Positions 36,995 through 46,016 of a stretch of 52,296 nucleotides of DNA are shown one piece after another. The position numbers were made by a program, and so were the translations under genes. This DNA is from a virus. Taxonomy: Duplodnaviria > Caudoviricetes. The DNA is taken from the IMG/VR virus record IMGVR_UViG_3300012890_000077, positions 1 through 52,296 of that record, one strand, 5' to 3'. Below the pieces are notes generated by a model. That model had not been told where the DNA came from. It ran no database searches and saw only the letters and a list, made by a program, of their open reading frames with translations. How positions within the stretch are numbered: the first letter of the stretch is position 1; each line of letters starts with the position of its first letter.

Positions 36995-38605
36995 CTAAAC
37001 CCCGGCGTTGACCAGGATGGACCCCGCGTCGTTCCCGGACACGTCGAACCCGGCCCAAGCGGCCATCAGGTCGCCGCGCGTCTTGATCGCGGCCCCTCGA
37101 ACCGTACCGAAGGAAGACGCCGCCCCATACCGGTTGTACCGGTTGTAGTCGAAGGCGTGGCCCCCGTTCGCCGCGTCCGGCGCCGTGACCCCGAAAAGGG
37201 CCGCCGTTCCCCGCGCCGTGATCCGGTTCCGAAGGATTCGGTTCCCCTGGGACGTGGTTCCCGTCTCCCCGGCGCCCAGCTTGACGCAGGTACCCACGGC
37301 CGTGTCCACCGTGGAATCCGACACGACGCAACCCTTCGCGCCCTTGAAGTAGAGCGCCGACCCGTCCACCTTCGTCGTGATCGTCAGGCGGGTCCCGACG
37401 TTATCCCGGCCTTCCTTGAAGACCACCCCGAACGCGCCGCCGTTCACGGTCGTCGCGTCCACCGCGCAGTACCGGGTCGTCGCGCCGACCACCAGGCCGT
37501 GGTCCGTGTCGCTCTCCAGCTTGCAGTTCTGGACGACCGCGTTCCAGCACCGCATAAAGGTCCCCAGCGCCGGGTCCGGCCCGTCGATGCCCAGGCAGAG
37601 CGCCCGGCCGCTCGGGGCGTAGGAGTCCAGCCCGTCGAACACCCAGCCGTCGCCGTAGATCGGGCCGGACCCGTTGGCGAAGCGCCAGGAGCCTCCGATG
37701 AAGCGGAAGTCGGCCGCGATCCCGGTGGCGGCCCCGGCGTTCACGTTCTCGCTCACGATGGGCACGGACGGGTACGCGCCGTCGCGCATGACCGTCCGCG
37801 CGACGGTCCAGGAGTAGGTCCCCGAACCCCCGGCCGCCATGTTCGCGCCACCGTTGTCCGTCCGAACCAGGATGCAGGGACGAACGTTCCCCGGCCCAGA
37901 GGCGCCGATCACCTCGCAGTCCAGAAGGACGATATCGTGGCAGGACGCGGGATTGGAGAGGAACACCACCCCGCTACCGGTGGTCTGGACCCCGCTCAGG
38001 CCGCCGCCGTCGAACACGAAGCCAGAAAGCGCGACGTTCTTGGACAGCCACGCGCTACTGGCGTAGAGTACGCGCCCGTCGCCTCCGGTGGACACGACGC
38101 GGACCTTCCCCGACGTCGCGACGAACCACGTACGCGCCGCGAACTCCCGGTGAAGACACAGGGCGTAGAACGTCCCGAACCCGTCGAACACGGACACCGG
38201 GGCGTAGGTGCCCGGCTCGACGCCGACCACGGCGCCGCTGGGGACGGTCGCCATCGCCTTCTCCAGCGTCCTCCACGCGGTCGCCCGCGAAAGGCCGTCG
38301 TTCACGTCGCTCCCGCTGGCCCCGTTGACGAAGTGGGTGAACGCGCCGGGCGCGGACGGGATCGCGAGGGTGGGGGACAGGGTGGCGTCGATCAGTCCGG
38401 CGGAAAGGGCCGGGTTCGCGTCGAACAGGGCCAGCGCCCGGCGGGAATCGGCCAGGTTCGCCTGGTGAACCGCGAGTTGCCGCGCGGTCCAGAACGTCGA
38501 ATCCGCCCGCCCCGCCGAACGGACCTGGGCCTGGGCCGCCTCGTAGGCGGCCTGTTGCGTCTCGGCGGCCTTGATCCGCGCGACAATCGTATCCCTGGTT
38601 TCCAC
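36995..38605 (-). CDS. Right-handed beta-helix (pectate-lyase-like) protein, candidate spike/depolymerase
   Basis: FV....GSD.NDG.S...AW.TL..A...G..V.V.PG.Y entry motif followed by beta-helix repeats. Confidence 0.8.
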   Translation of the reverse strand: METRDTIVARIKAAETQQAAYEAAQAQVRSAGRADSTFWTARQLAVHQANLADSRRALALFDANPALSAGLIDATLSPTLAIPSAPGAFTHFVNGASGSDVNDGLSRATAWRTLEKAMATVPSGAVVGVEPGTYAPVSVFDGFGTFYALCLHREFAARTWFVATSGKVRVVSTGGDGRVLYASSAWLSKNVALSGFVFDGGGLSGVQTTGSGVVFLSNPASCHDIVLLDCEVIGASGPGNVRPCILVRTDNGGANMAAGGSGTYSWTVARTVMRDGAYPSVPIVSENVNAGAATGIAADFRFIGGSWRFANGSGPIYGDGWVFDGLDSYAPSGRALCLGIDGPDPALGTFMRCWNAVVQNCKLESDTDHGLVVGATTRYCAVDATTVNGGAFGVVFKEGRDNVGTRLTITTKVDGSALYFKGAKGCVVSDSTVDTAVGTCVKLGAGETGTTSQGNRILRNRITARGTAALFGVTAPDAANGGHAFDYNRYNRYGAASSFGTVRGAAIKTRGDLMAAWAGFDVSGNDAGSILVNAGV

Positions 38606-38613
38606 CCGCCCCC

Positions 38614-39546
38614 TTACGCGGCTTCCGCGAACAGGCCCAGCGTGTCCTCCTGGGCCTTCGGGGCGCGCGTCCGGCGCACGGCCGGGGCCGCCGCCTGGGG
38701 TCGCTCGGGAGTCGCCTCTTCCTGGATTCCCGCCCGCTCCCGCATATCGCGGACCAGCGCGCCCACAAGGTCGGGCCGGATTCGGAGGCCGGGGAACGAA
38801 CCGTGGAAGCGGATCGTCAGGGCCGCCGCAAGCTCGGTGTAGTCGTAGCCCTGGCCGATGCCCTCCAGGATCAGGCGCTGGGCGTCCGTGTAGGTGTCGA
38901 ACACCTTCCGGGCCATGTCCCAGGCTTCGTCCGACTCACGAACCGACGCGCCGCCCTCCAGGCTCTCCTGGCCCGTCGCCAGGCCCTGAAGGTCCGCGTG
39001 GGTCTGACCTGGCATCGCGGCCCGCGCGAAGGCCAGGAGGGCCTTCAGGCCCGTCAGGTCGCCTTCCCCGAAGATCGCGTCCACCAGGGCGTCCCAGGCC
39101 GATTCCCTGGCCGCCGCCCAGCGGGTCCGAACGTCGTCCCGGTCCATGATCCCGCCCAGTTCGTCGTCGTCCCCGGCCACCATGTCGGCCAGGCTAAGGT
39201 CCCCGTCGTCGTCGCCCAGGGGCGCGTCCAGGCTCCGTAGCGCGCTGGGCGGAACCTCCCCGACCGCGTGGGCCGCGCGGTGAAGGTCGCGAAGGGCGTT
39301 CAGCATAAGCCGCTTGGCGAACGTCTTGAACTTCGTCCCGCGCCCGTCCTCGTAGCGCCGGACGGCCCGCAGGAGTCCGGCCAGGGCTTCGGCCTGGCGG
39401 TCGTCGTGGTCGTATCCCCGGATCGGGAAGGCGTTCGCCAGGATTCCCGAAAGGTCCCAGTACCGCGCGATCAGGGCCGATTCGGCGCCCTTGTCTTTCG
39501 CCTGGGCCGCTCGGGCCAGGTCTTCGTCCGTCTTTAGGTCGTACAT
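38614..39546 (-). CDS. Sigma-70 family (SigH-like) factor
   Basis: TDEDL...A, D...E...GL..AV..Y....G..F.TFA, SLD.P and G..Y.ELA..L. Confidence 0.88.
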   Translation of the reverse strand: MYDLKTDEDLARAAQAKDKGAESALIARYWDLSGILANAFPIRGYDHDDRQAEALAGLLRAVRRYEDGRGTKFKTFAKRLMLNALRDLHRAAHAVGEVPPSALRSLDAPLGDDDGDLSLADMVAGDDDELGGIMDRDDVRTRWAAARESAWDALVDAIFGEGDLTGLKALLAFARAAMPGQTHADLQGLATGQESLEGGASVRESDEAWDMARKVFDTYTDAQRLILEGIGQGYDYTELAAALTIRFHGSFPGLRIRPDLVGALVRDMRERAGIQEEATPERPQAAAPAVRRTRAPKAQEDTLGLFAEAA

Positions 39547-39610
39547 TCTTGCGTGTTCCGTTGCGTCCCTGGACCTGGGGGCGTGTGGTGCCGCCCTCCA
39601 GGTCCTCCCC

Positions 39611-40858
39611 TTACGCGGCGCGCGGCCGGACCAGAATCCGGTCGTTGTCCCAGTCGAACTTCAGGGCCGTCCCCTGGGCGCCGAAGCGTGAATAGTCGAT
39701 AGTCAGGTTCACCGTGGTCTGGTCTTCCCGCTCCAGGGTCATAACCCAGCCCGCCTTCTCTTCCCAGGCGCGGCTGTACTTGGTCTTCGCCTTCTCGCCG
39801 TCCTTCCCCTCCGTGATCTGGGACCCGACGACCAGGGGAAGGCCGGTCCTTCGGGCCAGGTTGTTCACCTTGCGGGCGACGATGTTGGCTTCGCTGATTT
39901 CGTTGAAGGCCTTCGGGTCCCGGCTGGTGATCTCCTGGGCGTAGTCCAGGAAGAACACGTCGAACTTGTGCTTCGCGTGGGCCGCCTTCAGCCAGGCCGC
40001 GAACGTCTCGATATCCGTCCCGTCGTCCAGGTCGGCCGCGTCGTAGACCCACATATCCCAGCCCAGGACGTTCTGGAGCGCTTCATCGAAGTCGGCCGCC
40101 GCGTTCAGGTCGCGAAGGGGGCGCTTTCCCCACTTCGTCAGTTGCCGCATAACGCGCCGCTTGAACTGTTGGCGGTTCAGGTCCGCGAAGACCGCGTAGC
40201 CGACCCGGAGGCCGCGTTCCGCCAGCCGGACGGCGCTGGAGGCCTTAAAGGTCGATTTGCCGCCCTTGTGATAGGCGCGGACCACCGTCATTTGCCCCTC
40301 GGGATAGCCCCCGATATCGTTCATCAGGTCCAGTTCCTGCCAGCCGGTGGACACGCCGCCGTTCTCTTCCCCGATTTCCACGTCCCCGATCAGGACGAAG
40401 GGGTCCGCCGTGGCCGTGGGCATCTGCTCGAAGGCGTGAAGGTAGGCCTTCACGTCGTCCATGCTGGCCTCCGGGTCCTGGGTCAACGCCAGGAGGCGCC
40501 GCGCCCGCGCCTCCAGGTCGCGCCGGGTCCATTCCTTCTTCACGATTTCCGCGTAGTGGCCGCAGTTCGACGCGCTGGGGACGTACAGGTCCAGTTCCTG
40601 GAGGTAGGCCATGCCGCCCACGTCGCCCAGCTTGTCGCCCAGCGTGGCTCGAAGGGTCGTGAAGTCCACGGGGGCGTTCCCTTCGACCAGGGCCAGCATC
40701 GCGGCGTAGATCGTCCGGTGTCCCGGCCGGTAGAAGTGTTCGGGCTTCAGGGTCCCGGCCATCTGTTGGGCCGCGCCGCCGTCCAGGAGCATCGCCCCCA
40801 GGACGGACATTTCCGCCTCGACGGAGTAGTTTCTACGAATGTTTAGGTTATCGTTCAT
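39611..40858 (-). CDS. dnaB: Replicative DNA helicase
   Basis: EAE.SVLG..L, FY...H..IY, TG..ELD, GGKST, LDY.Q and SQI. Confidence 0.92.
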   Translation of the reverse strand: MNDNLNIRRNYSVEAEMSVLGAMLLDGGAAQQMAGTLKPEHFYRPGHRTIYAAMLALVEGNAPVDFTTLRATLGDKLGDVGGMAYLQELDLYVPSASNCGHYAEIVKKEWTRRDLEARARRLLALTQDPEASMDDVKAYLHAFEQMPTATADPFVLIGDVEIGEENGGVSTGWQELDLMNDIGGYPEGQMTVVRAYHKGGKSTFKASSAVRLAERGLRVGYAVFADLNRQQFKRRVMRQLTKWGKRPLRDLNAAADFDEALQNVLGWDMWVYDAADLDDGTDIETFAAWLKAAHAKHKFDVFFLDYAQEITSRDPKAFNEISEANIVARKVNNLARRTGLPLVVGSQITEGKDGEKAKTKYSRAWEEKAGWVMTLEREDQTTVNLTIDYSRFGAQGTALKFDWDNDRILVRPRAA

Positions 40859-40867
40859 GGGTTGCGT

Positions 40868-41716
40868 CTAGCCGAACAGTTGGCGCTTGGCGGCCTCGAC
40901 GGCGGCCTGGGTGTTGGCGTCCACGGTCGCCTGGTCCACGACCTTCAGGGCCGGGCCGCCCTTCGGGGCGAACTTCTCGGGGAACACGCCCTGGTAGCCC
41001 TGGGCCGTGGCGTGGTTCAGGGCGGCCACAAGCTGGACCACGGGGAGGCCCTTGTACTCTTTCGCCCGTGCGGCCAGGGTGGTCGGCGCAAGCTGGCCGA
41101 ACTTCTTTTCCTTCCGCATCGTGAAGTTGTCCACGATGGCGTCCCAGACCTCCTTAACCCGTTGGTCGGTCGTCAGACCGTCATAGAGGGCTTTGGCCGC
41201 GTCACTGGGCGAAGTGCTGGGTTTCTTCTCTTTCTTCTTCTCTCCTTCTCCTTCTCCTTCTCTATGGTTAACCGCAGGATCATCCTGTGGATCGCCCGTG
41301 GATGATCCGGTGGATGCGCGCTTCGCCTCCCGCGCCGCGACGGCCGCCTTCCCTTTGGCGGAAGCGCGGGCGAACTTCGCCATCTGCTCGGCGCGGATCG
41401 CCTCCTGGTTCGGGTTGACCAGCGTCGAAGGGTCGCCGTCCTTCGGTGCGAACTGGGGGCCGATCCGCTTCCACGCCTTTTCCAGCGTGTCCAGGGGGCA
41501 CCCGATCAGGGCCGCCAGGTCCTCCAGGTCGGCCGGGATACCCTGGTCTCTCCAGGCCATGCAAAGAAGCTCCCAGAAGATGCCCCTTTGCTCGAAGGTC
41601 ATAAGCCGGACGGAACGCGAAAGAAGCCACTTCGCGGAGTAGGCCGGGAACCAGGGGAAGTCGTCCACGTTGAAGGCCACGGCCGGGGCCTCGGGCGCCT
41701 CCAGGGTCGCGGTCAC
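40868..41716 (-). CDS. Replication initiator (YdaU/DUF1376-like)
   Basis: PWFP.Y...WL....MT.EQRG....LL...W; internal iterons; upstream of dnaB. Confidence 0.8.
   Translation of the reverse strand: MTATLEAPEAPAVAFNVDDFPWFPAYSAKWLLSRSVRLMTFEQRGIFWELLCMAWRDQGIPADLEDLAALIGCPLDTLEKAWKRIGPQFAPKDGDPSTLVNPNQEAIRAEQMAKFARASAKGKAAVAAREAKRASTGSSTGDPQDDPAVNHREGEGEGEKKKEKKPSTSPSDAAKALYDGLTTDQRVKEVWDAIVDNFTMRKEKKFGQLAPTTLAARAKEYKGLPVVQLVAALNHATAQGYQGVFPEKFAPKGGPALKVVDQATVDANTQAAVEAAKRQLFG
41221..41316. repeat. Putative replication origin: iterons plus TTCTCC tract inside the initiator gene
   Basis: GG(A/T)T at 41266/41277/41289/41300/41312 next to a pyrimidine tract; lambdoid origins lie inside the initiator gene. 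Confidence 0.7.
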
Positions 41717-42411
41717 GACTTCGCCGCCTTCTTCGTCTTCCGAAGGTCCTGGCCCCACTCGCCGGACGCGATCAGGCGTTCCGCCAGCGTCTGGAGGCAG
41801 ACCGCCGCCGCCGCGTTCTCGTCAAGGTCGGCCAGTAACGGGTCCCCGACCAGGCCCACGGCCAGGGGCCGGTAAAGGTCCCTAGGGTGTTCCCCCTTCT
41901 TGGAATCCATCTTCCCCCAGCCGGGAATCATCCGGGCCATCCAGGTCTGGGGAGTCAGCTTCATAAGCCGGACGCGCCGGGGGAAGGCGGCCCTGAAGGC
42001 TCGAATCCAGGCGTTCGCGGCCGCCCGGATCGTTTCCGCGCCGTGGCCCTTCCAGGTCGGGTACTCGATCAGGAGGTAAACGGGCGCCTTGTCGCCGGGC
42101 GAATGCTTCGCGGCCACCTTCAGGGCGTTCCCGCTGGAAAGGTTCTCGATCCCGTCCAGGCGTCCGAAATGGATACCGCCGTCCTTCCCTCGGAAGGCGA
42201 AGCCGCTGGCGGCCATCGCGGGGTCCACGCCGACGACCAGCTTCGGCGCCTGGGCGGCCAGGAAGGCCTTCAGGATATGGATTTCCGCCTCCACTTCCGC
42301 AAGCTGGTCGCGGAAGCCCTGGAAGTCGGGGGTCTGTTCGATCAGGGCCAGCGTCTCCTTTCGGTTGCGCTGGCGGGTGGCGAGTAGCGATCTGGCTTCT
42401 TTGAGTGTCAA
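41713..42411 (-). CDS. RuvC-like Holliday junction resolvase
   Basis: VVGVDP...SGFA, IE.P, P..W and DEN.A.A motifs. Confidence 0.7.
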   Translation of the reverse strand: MTLKEARSLLATRQRNRKETLALIEQTPDFQGFRDQLAEVEAEIHILKAFLAAQAPKLVVGVDPAMAASGFAFRGKDGGIHFGRLDGIENLSSGNALKVAAKHSPGDKAPVYLLIEYPTWKGHGAETIRAAANAWIRAFRAAFPRRVRLMKLTPQTWMARMIPGWGKMDSKKGEHPRDLYRPLAVGLVGDPLLADLDENAAAAVCLQTLAERLIASGEWGQDLRKTKKAAKS

Positions 42412-42665
42412 GCGGTGGGACCCTTCGGGGAGTGCTGGGACGCGTGGGCGACGACCTCCAGGCCGTTCACCACGGCCCACGAAAACGGGATGGCGTCTTC
42501 GTTCGGGGGCGTCGGGTGGGTGTGGACCCAGGCGAAGGACTTCGTGATCCGCTGGACGACCCACTGGGCGCCCGTGCGATCCCGAAGGACCGAACCCAGG
42601 ATCAGGATTCGGTCGCCTCGGGCGCCTTCGGGAAGGGCGGGAACGGCCGCGCCCTTAGGCGGCAT
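42408..42665 (-). CDS. Hypothetical protein
   Basis: Overlaps the RuvC-like start; fits the operon. Confidence 0.5.
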   Translation of the reverse strand: MPPKGAAVPALPEGARGDRILILGSVLRDRTGAQWVVQRITKSFAWVHTHPTPPNEDAIPFSWAVVNGLEVVAHASQHSPKGPTA

Positions 42666-43020
42666 CGGCCGGGGTGTCGGGCTGGAGGTTCACCAGCATC
42701 AGGAGAACGGGGCCGGGGGTGGTGGGTCCCTGGCCGCCGCCCTCGACTAGCGTCAGGGTGGGTCTTTCGTCGTGGTTCATGGCGTCTCGTCCGGTTACGG
42801 AAGACCGCCGCTTGCACTCGGAGCGGAACCGTGGTATAGTTCCGATTGCGTGTACCGTTGTGCAAACGATGGTCATTCGGGGCTTAGCGGGTGGTGCCGC
42901 TGGCCCCTTTCCTATTTGTGACCCCAGGGAAGGGCGTCCTAGGACCTATTGCCGGGTTCCGGCCAAAGGTCCCCAGTGCGCCGTCGCCTTCAGGAATCAC
43001 GCTGTAGAATGTAGCCCACG

Positions 43021-43037
43021 GTTCTGAAAATCAGAAC
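43021..43037. promoter_or_regulatory. Operator upstream of the repressor gene
   Basis: GTTCTGAAAATCAGAAC, identical to 17739-17755; TAGAAT just upstream; extra half-site at 43042. Confidence 0.8.
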
Positions 43038-43110
43038 AAAGGTTCTGGAAATTGCCGCCAACGTCGCAACATCGACGGGCGAACCGTGCGGGACGGGAGG
43101 GTGTAAAACG

Positions 43111-43794
43111 ATGGGGGAAACGACGGTAATGATCGAAGCGAGGGAGAAATTCAGGCGGGCGCGCGTCCTTATGGGCTGGTCGCAGGACCGCTGTGACGAG
43201 GTTTCGCTAGGCGAACGCAAGGGGCGGGCGCAATCTTATGAGCGGGGCCGGGCGGTTCCTACGCGCGAGTATCTGACACCGCTGGCGAAGGTCTGGAGTA
43301 TTCCCCTGGAATGGTTTTTCGACGGCCAGGACGACCTCCCGCCCGTCTCGGGCCAGCCCCTCCCGGCCGGGGCTCCCGTCCCGATCATGGGGAGGCTCCC
43401 GGCAAAGGACTGTCGAAGCGCGAAACAGGGCGAACGCGCCGCTAAGGTCGGGTTCGACTTGCCTCCCGGCGCCCAGTATCGCCAGTATTCCCACGACCTC
43501 GGGGAGTGCTGTCTAAGACGCGGGGACTGGCTCCTGGTCGTCCCGGCCGATTTCCCATTTCCCGACACGCTGGCGATGATCGACACGGGGGAATCGTGCG
43601 ACGTGTACGTGATCAAGGGATTAGGGACGTCCGCGCGGCCCGTTCCCCTTGCGGAAGGCCAGGCGGAACCCAGGGACTCCTGGAGACTGGTCGGGATCGT
43701 GGTCGAACTCCAGCGCAACCGCGACGGCCTCACGCTCCAGATGGACCGCGAACTGGGGCTGACGACGGAAGACCTGGCGAAGATGCCCGGCTGA
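43111..43794 (+). CDS. CI-like repressor (XRE HTH plus degenerate S24-like domain)
   Basis: AR...GWSQ...YERG...P....LA.....P.EW; VPI.G and GD.LLV. Confidence 0.8.
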   Translation: MGETTVMIEAREKFRRARVLMGWSQDRCDEVSLGERKGRAQSYERGRAVPTREYLTPLAKVWSIPLEWFFDGQDDLPPVSGQPLPAGAPVPIMGRLPAKDCRSAKQGERAAKVGFDLPPGAQYRQYSHDLGECCLRRGDWLLVVPADFPFPDTLAMIDTGESCDVYVIKGLGTSARPVPLAEGQAEPRDSWRLVGIVVELQRNRDGLTLQMDRELGLTTEDLAKMPG

Positions 43795-43883
43795 TCCGCG
43801 CCCGACCGCGTTTTTCCCGACGTTCCACAAAATTGTCGTCCTGGTCGCAATTCAGGACTTTCGGCCTCGACGTTCTGGAAAGT

Positions 43884-43913
43884 GTTCTTATTTTCAGAAC
43901 TCCGTGATACAAT
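43884..43913 (+). promoter_or_regulatory. Operator plus extended -10 early promoter
   Basis: GTTCTTATTTTCAGAAC followed by TGaTACAAT. Confidence 0.8.
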
Positions 43914-43958
43914 GTTCGGGTAGCCCCAAGTTTCACCACGGACTGGGGCGAAGGAACA

Positions 43959-44495
43959 ATGGACACGCGAGACATGACCTTCCCGCCGGAAACCCGGCTC
44001 TCTCTCTACCGAACGTACGCCCAGGCTTGCCTGGCGGGCGGCATCCACCCCGAACTGGCCGACGAACGGGCGAAGTCGATGCTGGACCTGGACCTGGCCT
44101 TCTGCCGCGAGAATGAGCGCCAGCGCATCGCGGACGTTTCCGCCACGCTGGTCGGCCAGGCCCTCGACGCCATGATTACCGGCGCGACGATGGACGGAAC
44201 GCTGGACGTTCCCCCGCTGACCCTCTCCTGGGAACGATCCCTCGAAATGAAGGACGGGGAACTGGCGCCCGGCCCGAAGACGGCCGTCCTGATCGTCTTC
44301 CCGGACGATTTCAACGCCCGCGACTATGAAGACGCGATCACCGGCGCGATCCGCGAAAAGATCGGCGCCGACCTCCTGGACGTGGACTGGCCCGATTACG
44401 ACCCGATTCAGGATTACTCGCCGCAAGTGGCGTTCACCATGACGAAGGTCTGGGAATGGCCCACCGTCAACGTCGTGACCCGGAGGGCCGCCTAA
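43959..44495 (+). CDS. Hypothetical protein
   Basis: First gene of the early operon; phage-like codon usage. Confidence 0.7.
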   Translation: MDTRDMTFPPETRLSLYRTYAQACLAGGIHPELADERAKSMLDLDLAFCRENERQRIADVSATLVGQALDAMITGATMDGTLDVPPLTLSWERSLEMKDGELAPGPKTAVLIVFPDDFNARDYEDAITGAIREKIGADLLDVDWPDYDPIQDYSPQVAFTMTKVWEWPTVNVVTRRAA

Positions 44496-44496
44496 C

Positions 44497-45576
44497 ATGG
44501 CCGTGACGTTCCAGAAGGCCTCCAGGAAGCGCGTCTTCCTGAAGTTGGCCCTGACGGGTCCCTCCGGCGCCGGGAAGACCTATTCCGCCCTCGAACTCGC
44601 GAAGGGGCTGGCCGGTGGCGGCCCTATCGCCGTCCTCGACACGGAGAACGGTTCCGCCTCCCTCTACTCCCACCGCGCGGATTTCGACGTGGTGGACGTG
44701 GAACCGCCGTTCGCCCCCGCCAAGTACATCGAAGCGATCCGGGCGGCCGAAGACGCGGGCTATAAGGTCCTGATCATCGACAGCTTCAGCCACGCCTGGA
44801 AGTACCTCCTGGACAAGAAGGAAAAGCTGGACAGCCGGGGCGGGCGCCAGAACCAGTACACGAACTGGGGGCCGGTCAAGGCGGAAGCCGACGAACTGAA
44901 GGACGCGATCCTTCAGAGTCGAATCCACATCATCGCGTGTATGCGCTCGAAGTCGGAGTACGCCCAGGAGAACGGGAAGGTCACGAAGGTCGGCCTGGCC
45001 GCGATCCAGGAGCCTGACGTGGAATACGAGTTCACGACGGTCCTGAATATCGCGATGGACAACACCGCGAAGATGTCGAAGGACCGCACGGGCCTCTTCC
45101 GGGATCGGGTCTTCAAGATCACGCCGAAGGATGGCGAAGTCCTCCTGAAATGGCTGGACAGCGCGCCGGAACAGGCGACCTACATTCCGCCCGCCTCCGC
45201 TCGGGTGGACGACGCGGCGCCCGACCAGCGCCAGCCGGAGGAACGCCAGCGCCCCGCCCAGCCTCCGGTCCAGCCCCCCGTCTCGGAGGCGAAGGCCGAA
45301 CTCCATCCCGGAAGCGCCTTCCTGGTCGGCCTGAAGCTGGCGGCCGACGAACAGGCGGCCTACGTGGCGCGATGCAAGGGCGCCGGGATTTCGCCCCGCG
45401 AGTTCGCCGTCACCGCGAAGGCGGAAGGCGTGGCGAACTACGACGAACTGGACACGTTCCTGACTTCCGCCCTCGCCAAAGCGCGCCAGGCCGATCAGGA
45501 ACTGACGGGCGAACCGCTTATGAAGGCGATCAAGGACGCCTTCCCCGAAGCCGCCGGAGTCGGTGGCGCGGGCTAG
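44497..45576 (+). CDS. AAA_24/Sak4-like recombination ATPase
   Basis: GPSGAGKT, DTENGS, IIDS.SH.W, YEF and KDRT motifs. Confidence 0.88.
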   Translation: MAVTFQKASRKRVFLKLALTGPSGAGKTYSALELAKGLAGGGPIAVLDTENGSASLYSHRADFDVVDVEPPFAPAKYIEAIRAAEDAGYKVLIIDSFSHAWKYLLDKKEKLDSRGGRQNQYTNWGPVKAEADELKDAILQSRIHIIACMRSKSEYAQENGKVTKVGLAAIQEPDVEYEFTTVLNIAMDNTAKMSKDRTGLFRDRVFKITPKDGEVLLKWLDSAPEQATYIPPASARVDDAAPDQRQPEERQRPAQPPVQPPVSEAKAELHPGSAFLVGLKLAADEQAAYVARCKGAGISPREFAVTAKAEGVANYDELDTFLTSALAKARQADQELTGEPLMKAIKDAFPEAAGVGGAG

Positions 45577-45770
45577 GGACCACGGCCAGATAGTCCCCTG
45601 TCAAGCCTTCCGCGACTCGCTTGGACGCGTGATCGTAGTCGTGCGCCGGGACCGAAGCGGGAACGCCCTCTTCCGGTCCCCGGCCACGGGAAGCGAAGAC
45701 TGGATGAAGACCGTCGCCGTGGAAGCGATGGTCCGAAAGGGGACGCTGGCCGCCCTTGGAGAACTGAAGG

Positions 45771-46016
45771 ATGGCGAAGAACCAGACGCCCCTGAAAGAC
45801 CGCCCCTGGCTGACCATTCCCCAGTGCCAGGACCTCCTGGCGCGGGGACGTGAGTTCGTGGAAGCGCGCATAGCCAGCGGGGACTTTTCGACCCGGATTG
45901 ACGGCGCCCGCGTGAAGATCGAAACCGCTTCCGTCCGCGCCTGGGTGGACGGCCAGACGCGCGCCCTGCGGGGCGCCGTGGGCCTTCCTACCCCCGACCT
46001 GAACGTACACGCATGA
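45771..46016 (+). CDS. Excisionase-like HTH protein
   Basis: WLT......L......V...I..G.......G....I...SV..W. Confidence 0.6.
   Translation: MAKNQTPLKDRPWLTIPQCQDLLARGREFVEARIASGDFSTRIDGARVKIETASVRAWVDGQTRALRGAVGLPTPDLNVHA

Noticed and set aside
187-39615. CGTAAGGG as merely a Shine-Dalgarno sequence
   Set aside because: CGTA is nearly invariant while the SD-pairing bases vary (TACGTG, TATAAG, TAAGCG), and early genes lack the motif. Some SD contribution cannot be excluded.
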